This document shows, piece after piece, positions 48,348 to 55,005 of a stretch of DNA of 55,005 bases. Position numbers and translations under genes: made by a program. The DNA comes from Pseudomonadota bacterium. Its GTDB lineage: Bacteria; Pseudomonadota; Gammaproteobacteria; UBA6186; Azoamicaceae. How positions within the stretch are numbered: the first letter of the stretch is position 1; every line of letters begins with the position of its first letter. The stretch covers positions 1 to 55,005 of the forward strand of contig JBEAUL010000075.1 of NCBI GenBank assembly GCA_041161475.1, read 5' to 3'. The notes under the pieces were generated by a model. The model had not been told where the DNA came from. It ran no database searches and saw nothing but the letters and a program-made list of their open reading frames with translations.

Positions 48348-50023
48348 ACAAGGCTTGGAAGACCTTAATGGCGCATGCAAATGATTGTCGAACGCGTCCT
48401 ATTTCTATTGCGGAGGCATTTAACACAGATATCCATCGATTTGAGCGTTTTTCAGTACAGTGGGACGATTTGCTCTTTGATTATTCAAAACAACAGATTA
48501 CGACAGAAACCCTCAAGTTGTTACTTGATGTAGCTGAGGCGGCACAATTATCTGAAAAAATTTCACAGCTGTTTTCAGGCGTACGTTTAAACGAATCAGA
48601 GCAACGCGCTGTTTTGCATACGGCTTTGCGTGACAGTACGAAAGCACCATTGTGGGTAGAGGGAGAAAACTTAAAAGAAGAGATTGGATTGATCCAGAAA
48701 AAAATGCATGCTTTTGTAGAGGCTTTTCAAGCCCATAAAAAATTGGGGGTTACAGGTGCACCCCTAAAACATTGTTTGTGTTTGGGTATTGGTGGGTCTG
48801 GTTTAGGACCGACTTTGGTGTGCGATGCGTTAGCCCCTTACAAGACAGGGGATATTCAGGTGCATTTTATCTCTAATATTGATGGCGAAACGCTCGATAC
48901 GGTTTTAAAAAAATTATCACCGGAAGAAACTTTTTGTTTGATCAGCTCAAAAACATTCTCTACCTTGGAGACCAAAGAAAATGCCTTAAAAGTGCGCAGC
49001 TGGTTCGAAGCCGAGTTTTCAAGCAAAAATATCAATCGGGATTGGATGGCATTGCATTGGGGCGCTGTTACTGCTGCACCAGAAAAAGCCTTGGATTGGG
49101 GAATGTCCGATGTGCATATTTTCCCTTTTTGGCCCTGGGTGGGAGGGCGTTTTTCGGTATGGTCTTCTATTGGTTTACCCATTGCATTGTCGCTTGGGAT
49201 GGATAATTTTAAGGCTTTTTTATCGGGCGCGGAGGCCGTTGATCGGCATTTTAAAGAAACACCATTCGAGAAAAATATCCCCGTTTTAATGGGATTATTG
49301 GGGATTTGGAATATAAACGGGTTAGGATACAGCACGCATGCTATTTTGCCCTATGCGGATGCGTTAAAGCGTTTCCCGAGTTATTGTCAACAATTAGAAA
49401 TGGAGAGTAATGGAAAGGGCGTAGATAAGCAGGGTAGACCCTTGGCTTACCAAACAGCGCCTGTCATTTGGGGGGATGTGGGTTGCGATGGACAGCATGC
49501 TTATATGCAGTTATTACATCAAGGTACTGTAGTGGTTCCAGTAGATTTTTTGGTACCAGTACGTTCTCGCAGTGCACATCAAGATTTGCAGACTTTATTG
49601 GTGGCAAATGCCCTAAGTCAAAGTAAGGCTTTGATGGAAGGAAAGGAAGATAGAGTGACCCCGTTAAAAGCGTGTGCTGGTGATAGGCCTTGTAGCACGT
49701 TGATGTTTTCTCAATTGACGCCTAGAATGTTAGGTAGCCTGCTAGCTCTGTACGAGCACAAAGTGTTTGTACAAGGTGTGCTATGGGCTGTTAATTCTTT
49801 CGATCAATGGGGTGTTGAGCTGGGTAAGCAATTAACCCAAGCATTGTTGCCAAGATTGACCAATGATGTGCAATCAAGCAATCACTTCGACGACAAGATG
49901 GACAGTTCTACGGAAGGCTTATTGGCATTTTTTCATCGGCATCAAGGGAGCAATGAGCAGTATGAAGGGCAGAATAGCACTGGTTACCGGAGGGACAGGG
50001 GGGATTGGCACCGCGATTTGTAG
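48344..50023 (+). CDS. pgi: glucose-6-phosphate isomerase Pgi with a ~24-aa C-terminal run-on
   Basis: PGI motifs (SKTFSTLET, GGRFSVWS) are present. It has an ATGA overlap with pcnB. The frame continues past the usual PGI end into phaB. Confidence 0.9.
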   Translation: MNKAWKTLMAHANDCRTRPISIAEAFNTDIHRFERFSVQWDDLLFDYSKQQITTETLKLLLDVAEAAQLSEKISQLFSGVRLNESEQRAVLHTALRDSTKAPLWVEGENLKEEIGLIQKKMHAFVEAFQAHKKLGVTGAPLKHCLCLGIGGSGLGPTLVCDALAPYKTGDIQVHFISNIDGETLDTVLKKLSPEETFCLISSKTFSTLETKENALKVRSWFEAEFSSKNINRDWMALHWGAVTAAPEKALDWGMSDVHIFPFWPWVGGRFSVWSSIGLPIALSLGMDNFKAFLSGAEAVDRHFKETPFEKNIPVLMGLLGIWNINGLGYSTHAILPYADALKRFPSYCQQLEMESNGKGVDKQGRPLAYQTAPVIWGDVGCDGQHAYMQLLHQGTVVVPVDFLVPVRSRSAHQDLQTLLVANALSQSKALMEGKEDRVTPLKACAGDRPCSTLMFSQLTPRMLGSLLALYEHKVFVQGVLWAVNSFDQWGVELGKQLTQALLPRLTNDVQSSNHFDDKMDSSTEGLLAFFHRHQGSNEQYEGQNSTGYRRDRGDWHRDL

Positions 50024-50711
50024 AGAGCTGGCTGAACAGGGTGTTCGGGTGGTAGCGGGGTACAATCAAGGGGGGCCAAACGGAGAACGTGCCAAAGCCT
50101 GGCAGCTACAACAACAAAAAGAGGGATTTACCTTTGAGATTGCCTATGGCGATGTTTCTAACTATGAGTCGTCTGTGGCCATGATTGAAGCCATTGAATC
50201 CTCGATAGGGCCAATCGATATTCTGGTTAATAATGCCGGTATTACGCGTGATGCCGTTTTAAAAAAAATGCAACCAACACAATGGATAGCGGTTTTGCGC
50301 ACAAACTTGGACAGTATTTTCAATGTCTCGCGTGCCGTTATCGAAGGGATGTTGGCACGGGGATATGGGCGTATCGTCAGTATTTCTTCCATCAACGGTC
50401 AAAAAGGTCAGTTTGGACAAACAAATTATGCGGCGGCCAAGGCAGGTATTTATGGGTTCACGAAATCGCTTGCGCAAGAAGTCGCAGCCAAAGGCATTAC
50501 CGTGAACTGCATATCTCCCGGGTATGTTGCAACAGACATGGTGAAAAAAATTTCCGCAGATATTTTGCAAAAAATTGTGGCCAATATCCCAGTGGGTCGT
50601 TTGGCAGAGCCGGTTGAAATTGCGCGTGCAGTAGCCTTTTTAGCAGACGATCATGCCGGATTTATCACCGGAGCCAATTTAGCCATTAATGGCGGACAGT
50701 ATATGTCCTGA
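49962..50711 (+). CDS. phaB: acetoacetyl-CoA reductase (PHB synthesis), SDR family
   Basis: The protein is near-colinear with Cupriavidus PhaB, with TGGTGGIG, NNAG and YAAAKAG motifs. The start is ATG 49962 or 49953; the ORF-track start 49863 is spurious. Confidence 0.9.
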   Translation: MKGRIALVTGGTGGIGTAICRELAEQGVRVVAGYNQGGPNGERAKAWQLQQQKEGFTFEIAYGDVSNYESSVAMIEAIESSIGPIDILVNNAGITRDAVLKKMQPTQWIAVLRTNLDSIFNVSRAVIEGMLARGYGRIVSISSINGQKGQFGQTNYAAAKAGIYGFTKSLAQEVAAKGITVNCISPGYVATDMVKKISADILQKIVANIPVGRLAEPVEIARAVAFLADDHAGFITGANLAINGGQYMS

Positions 50712-50725
50712 TTTGGGTTGTTGGC

Positions 50726-51457
50726 CTAAGAAGAAATAATATTTTCAGATAAAATAACGGGTACAGGATCGATTAAATCCATGCCTTCTAGTGTGATCAG
50801 TGATCGGTAGGCTAAAATTTCGACACCTGCGGATTGCGCTTCTCGCAAGAGTGTGGCGTAAGTGGGGTGAATATCATGGGCGGGTCGTACGTGTTTGATG
50901 CCGGTATTTTGTACGCAAAACAGCAAAATAGCTCTGTAGCCCGCTTGTCGAATGGCCATCAGTTCATATAAATTTTTTAATTCTTTTGCTTTTGAATCTG
51001 GGAAGAATCCAGTGCCAGTGGCATCACTGAATGTCACCGCTTCTATTCCTAAAAAAGCTTGTTCGCCATGATTGCTAACCAGTACATGAATGGCATTGTT
51101 ATGCCCAAAAAAGACCGTTTTTTTAAAAAAATAAAAGCCATGTAATTCTCGTATAATACCTCGATTTACCCCCTCAATCACCAGTGTTTTGGTGTGTTCC
51201 GGATTAACCGATACAAGATGACCATTGTCTATTTCAGTAATTTCCCATGTGTCTAAAATATGGTTTGTGGAAAATGGGTTGGCGGCAGAGTACCAAAGAC
51301 GGCTTCCCAGTATATCGCATCCTAACAAGGGTTCTAAGCTTGGGCAAAAAATAATTTTACTGGCGTGAAACATAGGGGTAGGTAAGGCCACTTCTGCCAA
51401 AAATCGCAGATGGCGTTTTAATAAGGTTGCTTCGGAGAGTGTACTTTTAAATTTCAC
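50726..51457 (-). CDS. sfsA: sugar fermentation stimulation protein SfsA homolog
   Basis: The 243-aa SfsA-like sequence sits adjacent to dksA, as in E. coli. Confidence 0.8.
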   Translation of the reverse strand: MKFKSTLSEATLLKRHLRFLAEVALPTPMFHASKIIFCPSLEPLLGCDILGSRLWYSAANPFSTNHILDTWEITEIDNGHLVSVNPEHTKTLVIEGVNRGIIRELHGFYFFKKTVFFGHNNAIHVLVSNHGEQAFLGIEAVTFSDATGTGFFPDSKAKELKNLYELMAIRQAGYRAILLFCVQNTGIKHVRPAHDIHPTYATLLREAQSAGVEILAYRSLITLEGMDLIDPVPVILSENIISS

Positions 51458-51589
51458 GTTTGCCTCAGTTATTGCCTCAGTTATTTGATAGGCTTAACTA
51501 CTATTTCGGCAGACTTAGGTTAACTATTAACGAATTAGACAAACAGAAGTAGTTTTTAGGATGCAAAAGGAAAATTAGCGTGTAGCTTC

Positions 51590-51618
51590 TTGTAAAATAG
51601 GCATGGATTTGATATAAA
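51590..51618 (+). promoter_or_regulatory. candidate sigma70 promoter for dksA
   Basis: TTGTAA (51590-51595), a 17-nt spacer and TATAAA (51613-51618) are followed by the GGTGGA SD 5 nt before ATG 51639. Confidence 0.3.
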
Positions 51619-51638
51619 ATAGAGTTTGGTGGATTCAA

Positions 51639-52592
51639 ATGGATGTGTGTATTGGCATGGTGACAAAAACCGGTAACCAAAAGAAAGCGACGAAAACAAA
51701 GACATCGCGTGTTGTTGCGCGCAAATCAGGCACCAAAGTATCGCCTAAAAAGCCCTTAAGCGCGATGAAAAAGTCTGTTGCAAGCAAAACAAGCCCTCGG
51801 CCTACAAAAACCAGCATAAAGACTAAAAAAACAGTGAACAAAAAAGGGATTACTATCAACACTAAAAGTTCTGTCATTAAAAAAAACAAAGCCACACAAA
51901 AAAAATCAGTTGCTCAGTCCTCCACGCCTAAATCAAAAAGCGTTCTGAGTAAAAAAAGCACACCAAGTAAAATAACTAAGCCACCTTTGCCTAAGGTAAA
52001 AACAGGCATAAAAAAACCGGTTTCCGCTCCAGTGGCACCAAAAGTAAAAAAAATGGCTCCTGTTAAAGAAAAACGTGTTCTCGAAAAAGAGTCAAGTGCT
52101 TCTAAAAAAGCCAAACCAACGCACATAAAAAAAACCAGTTCAGTGACTGAGAAAAGTGTTTCTGCGAATCGTGAATTTATCCCCTATCGATTTGAGCCTT
52201 ATTCACCATTAAAAGGTGAACATTACATGAGCGATCAACAATTGTCTCATTTTCGTCAAATTTTAAACGCTTGGAAACTGGAATTAATGCGCGAAGTGGA
52301 TAATACCATTTCAGGCATGAAAGCCTCTTCTGCAGATGTTTTGGCTGATTTAAACGATCGCGCCACGCAGGAAGAAGCCTTTAATTTAGAGTTGAGAACG
52401 CGCGATAGAGAAAGAAAATTATTGAAAAAAATTGAAGATGCGTTACAACAAATAGATGAAAAAGAATATGGGTATTGTGAATCTTGTGGTATAGAGATAG
52501 GTATTCGTCGTTTAGAGGCAAGACCAACGGCTGCTTTATGTATAGATTGTAAAACCTTAGCCGAAATTCGAGAAAAACGCGTGGCGCAATAG
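51639..52592 (+). CDS. dksA: RNA polymerase-binding transcription factor DksA with a long Lys-rich N-terminal extension
   Basis: The C-terminal ~140 aa are colinear with E. coli DksA (coiled coil, DLNDRATQEE, zinc finger CESCG...CIDC). The N-terminal ~175 aa are Lys/Ser/Thr/Pro-rich and lie in one uninterrupted frame. Confidence 0.85.
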   Translation: MDVCIGMVTKTGNQKKATKTKTSRVVARKSGTKVSPKKPLSAMKKSVASKTSPRPTKTSIKTKKTVNKKGITINTKSSVIKKNKATQKKSVAQSSTPKSKSVLSKKSTPSKITKPPLPKVKTGIKKPVSAPVAPKVKKMAPVKEKRVLEKESSASKKAKPTHIKKTSSVTEKSVSANREFIPYRFEPYSPLKGEHYMSDQQLSHFRQILNAWKLELMREVDNTISGMKASSADVLADLNDRATQEEAFNLELRTRDRERKLLKKIEDALQQIDEKEYGYCESCGIEIGIRRLEARPTAALCIDCKTLAEIREKRVAQ

Positions 52593-52594
52593 TC

Positions 52595-53269
52595 GTGGAG
52601 GTCTTGTCGACTATTCTGCATCGTCAATCGGTACGTGCATTTTTAGAAAAACCTGTCACAGCTTTACAGGTACGCAAAATATTCAATGCCGCTAAATGGG
52701 CACCTTCGGGTGTTAATACCCAACCCTGGCGTGTTGTTGCCCTATCCGGAAAGCAAAAAGACCTGTTGAGTGCGCAGTTGCTCGAAGTCTTCGACAAAAA
52801 AGTATCCGCTCGACCAGATTATCATTATTACCCAAGCGAATGGGTTGAGCCGTATAAATCTCGGCGTAAGGCCTGTGGTTTGGCTTTATACTCGGCCTTG
52901 GGTATTCAGTTGGGGGAAGATGAAAAACGTCATGCGGCTTGGCGCAGAAATTATCTGTTTTTTGGCGCACCCGTAGGCTTGTTATTTTTTATTGATAAGC
53001 GGCTTGAAAAAGGCTCTTGGTTAGATATGGGCCTTTTTCTGCAAAATATCATGTTGGCGGCGCGTGGCATGGGTTTAGAAACTTGCTCCCAAGCCTCTTT
53101 AGCAGAATACCCTGATATTATTAGACAGTTTTTAGACATTTCGGCCGACTGGTCGGTTGTTTGTGGGATGGCTTTAGGGTATGCCGATTGGGATCATCCG
53201 ATCAACCAATACAGAACCACGCGTGAGGCAGAGCAAACCTTCTTGAGCTTGAAAGGATTTGATGTTTGA
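52595..53269 (+). CDS. nitroreductase-family oxidoreductase
   Basis: The nitroreductase fold pattern is present (HRQSVRAF, APSGVNTQPW, ...GYADW). The GTG start lies 2 nt after the dksA stop. Confidence 0.8.
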   Translation: MEVLSTILHRQSVRAFLEKPVTALQVRKIFNAAKWAPSGVNTQPWRVVALSGKQKDLLSAQLLEVFDKKVSARPDYHYYPSEWVEPYKSRRKACGLALYSALGIQLGEDEKRHAAWRRNYLFFGAPVGLLFFIDKRLEKGSWLDMGLFLQNIMLAARGMGLETCSQASLAEYPDIIRQFLDISADWSVVCGMALGYADWDHPINQYRTTREAEQTFLSLKGFDV

Positions 53270-53372
53270 GCTGTTTTTTGTAAAGCTTATACACGTAAAT
53301 TTGCTTTTATTAAAAAAAAGTTCCACACTTGTATGAGTTGTAAAACTGAATTACTGTTGTGAGGAGAAAAAG

Positions 53373-53750
53373 ATGAATACCGATTTTCGTCATTGGTCAA
53401 AAACCTTAGAGCCTGTTATCGCGATGAACAATACCATGATGCAGTGTGCACAAGAAATTGCCCGTTGCAACCTGAATTTAACAGCAGAGTGCATCAGCAT
53501 GGGACTTAAACAGTGCCAAAGCCCTTTGACCCAGAAAAAACCAGAAGAATGGGTGCAAATGCAAGTTAACATGACTTGTGAAGCTGTTGAGAAAGCAGTG
53601 AAAGCATTGCAAAAAAGTTCTGAAACCATGATGGAAGCCATGACAGAATGTCGCAGTAAATGTGAAGATATGGTAAGCAACCAATGCCATAGCTGTGGAA
53701 GCACACAAAGCAGCGCTTCGACCGATCGTCCTCACCATCGTAAAAGTTAA
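53373..53750 (+). CDS. phasin-like small protein, unusually Cys-rich
   Basis: A GAGGAG SD precedes the start. The helical sequence resembles the phasin pattern (NLNLTAECISMGLKQ...KKPEEWVQMQ). The protein has 9 Cys, including QCHSC. A strong terminator follows. Confidence 0.4.
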   Translation: MNTDFRHWSKTLEPVIAMNNTMMQCAQEIARCNLNLTAECISMGLKQCQSPLTQKKPEEWVQMQVNMTCEAVEKAVKALQKSSETMMEAMTECRSKCEDMVSNQCHSCGSTQSSASTDRPHHRKS

Positions 53751-53787
53751 GATCGCACACTTTCTCCCTTAAGTCTAATCACTTAAC

Positions 53788-53821
53788 AAGATCTCCTGTA
53801 TTACAGGAGATCTTTTTTTTT
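53788..53821 (+). terminator. Rho-independent terminator
   Basis: The stem AGATCTCCTG/CAGGAGATCT is followed by a run of about 9 T. Confidence 0.8.
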
Positions 53822-53833
53822 GCATTGTTTTTC

Positions 53834-53861
53834 TTGCATAGAATGTCAGATAAGGTATAAT
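53834..53861 (+). promoter_or_regulatory. sigma70 promoter of the tRNA-tuf operon
   Basis: TTGCAT (53834-53839), a 16-nt spacer and TATAAT (53856-53861) are followed by a G-rich discriminator GGG, 12 nt before the first tRNA. Confidence 0.6.
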
Positions 53862-53873
53862 GGGTCCAAGTTT

Positions 53874-53949
53874 GCTGGCGTAGCTCAGTTGGTAGAGCAG
53901 CTGATTTGTAATCAGCAGGTCGCGGGTTCGACTCCTGTCGCCAGCTCCA
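53874..53949 (+). tRNA. thrU: tRNA-Thr (anticodon TGT)
   Basis: The 76-nt cloverleaf has acceptor GCTGGCG/CGCCAGC, anticodon loop TTTGTAA and an encoded CCA. It is first in the thrU-tyrU-glyT-thrT-tufB-type array. Confidence 0.9.
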
Positions 53950-53989
53950 TTGACATTTAGGGAAGTTAATGGAAAAATACACCTTTTTT

Positions 53990-54075
<86 letters not shown>

Positions 54076-54092
54076 GTTTAAGTAAGTAATAA

Positions 54093-54166
54093 GCGGGTGT
54101 AGTTCAATGGTAGAACTTCAGCCTTCCAAGCTGATAGCGTGGGTTCGATTCCCATCACCCGCTCCA
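54093..54166 (+). tRNA. glyT: tRNA-Gly (anticodon TCC)
   Basis: The 74-nt tRNA has acceptor GCGGGTG/CACCCGC and anticodon loop CTTCCAA. It is close to E. coli glyT. Confidence 0.9.
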
Positions 54167-54172
54167 AGCGTT

Positions 54173-54247
<75 letters not shown>

Positions 54248-54316
54248 GTGTTGTGAGTGTTAAGTTAAACAATTTTCATTTTTAGGCAATGCGCGCTAAT
54301 TAGGAGACAAAGTCAA

Positions 54317-55005
54317 ATGGCAAAAGCAAAGTTCGAACGCGATCTTCCGCACATCAACGTGGGTACCATTGGTCACGTCGATCATGGTAAAACAACCCTA
54401 ACAGCTGCCTTAACCAAAGTATTGGCTGAAAAATTTGGTGGTGAGTTTAAAGATTACAGTCAAATTGATGCGGCTCCAGAAGAAAGAGCGCGTGGTATTA
54501 CCATCGCAACCGCGCATGTTGAATATCGTTCGGAAAAACGCCATTATGCACATGTGGACTGCCCAGGACACGCGGATTATGTCAAAAACATGATTACCGG
54601 TGCGGCGCAAATGGACGGTGCTATCTTGGTTGTGTCTGCTGCCGATGGCCCAATGCCTCAAACGCGTGAACACATCTTGTTGGCTCGTCAGGTCGGTGTG
54701 CCACGTATCGTTGTGTTTTTAAACAAAGCGGATATGGTTGACGATCCTGAATTGCTAGAGTTGGTTGAAATGGAAGTGCGTGATTTATTAACCAGCTACG
54801 GTTTCCCTGGTGATGAAACACCTGTGATTACCGGCTCTGCCTTAAAAGCCCTTCAAGGGGACAAAACAGAGATTGGTGTTGATGCTGTGTTGAAACTTGT
54901 TGCTGCAATGGATGAATATTTCCCTATTCCAGAACGTGCAGTCGATCAGCCCTTCTTGTTACCAATTGAAGACGTTTTCTCTATCTCTGGTCGTGGTACA
55001 GTGGT
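54317..55005 (+). CDS. tuf: elongation factor Tu (5' part; runs off the window)
   Basis: An AGGAGA SD precedes [28 protein letters not shown]...DCPGHADY...NKAD. The frame is open to the window end. Confidence 0.95.
   Translation, partial: MAKAKFERDLPHINVGTIGHVDHGKTTLTAALTKVLAEKFGGEFKDYSQIDAAPEERARGITIATAHVEYRSEKRHYAHVDCPGHADYVKNMITGAAQMDGAILVVSAADGPMPQTREHILLARQVGVPRIVVFLNKADMVDDPELLELVEMEVRDLLTSYGFPGDETPVITGSALKALQGDKTEIGVDAVLKLVAAMDEYFPIPERAVDQPFLLPIEDVFSISGRGTV

Noticed and set aside
51461-51484. 12-bp tandem duplication TGCCTCAGTTAT x2 immediately upstream of sfsA
   Set aside because: The duplication is real in the sequence, but it is short and I can attach no functional inference to it. 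It is probably a slippage duplication in the sfsA leader.
51635-52126. Minus-strand ORFs 51635-51895 (86 aa) and 51914-52126 (70 aa), antisense to the dksA 5' region
   Set aside because: They are Phe/Leu/Val-rich mirror images of the AAA/AAG-rich lysine codons on the plus strand. The plus-strand frame is continuous with a recognisable DksA domain and has an SD and a promoter.

Overview
This is a 55-kb, mostly plus-strand stretch of a gammaproteobacterial chromosome. The gene order alaS-lysC-csrA-tRNASer, a PHB-type acetoacetyl-CoA reductase and the lack of an SOS box at recA fit a Legionella/Coxiella-like or Pseudomonas-like lineage; this taxonomic placement is inference only. The backbone consists of well-known housekeeping blocks: lptB-lptA-lptC-kdsC-kdsD; a clipped dcw cluster ftsI-murE-murF-mraY-murD-ftsW; lnt; rimK; tRNA-Met; miaB-phoH-ybeY-corC; recA-alaS-lysC-csrA-tRNASer...tRNAArg; mlaFEDCB-ibaG-murA-pssA; rimI; rpsF-rpsR-rplI-dnaB; ppa; thrS; pcnB-pgi-phaB; sfsA; dksA; and thrU-tyrU-glyT-thrT-tuf. 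The blocks are individually conserved but are joined in non-enterobacterial ways. Almost every junction holds an orphan gene: (1) an antitoxin/BrnT-like toxin pair translationally coupled to a 177-aa ORF that ends in a eukaryotic CaaX prenylation box; (2) an AT-rich 991-aa ORF with three repeated two-helix hydrophobic hairpin modules, coiled-coil-like linkers and a perfect 3 x 45-bp in-frame repeat; (3) a 469-aa orphan inserted between tRNA-Ser(GCU) and tRNA-Arg(ACG); (4) a possibly frameshifted small ORF plus an orphan receiver domain; (5) an AAA/DUF4143-type ATPase behind a 26-bp direct repeat. Housekeeping oddities include a DksA with a roughly 175-residue histone-H1-like Lys-rich N-terminal extension and a ThrRS without a TGS domain that is uncoupled from infC. 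The lnt and rimK start codons share one CATG, and pgi overlaps phaB by 62 nt. There is also a Cys-rich phasin-like protein. I found no transposase, integrase, CRISPR array, rRNA or secretion-system gene. All calls rest on reading the translated ORFs and manual counting; no searches were run.
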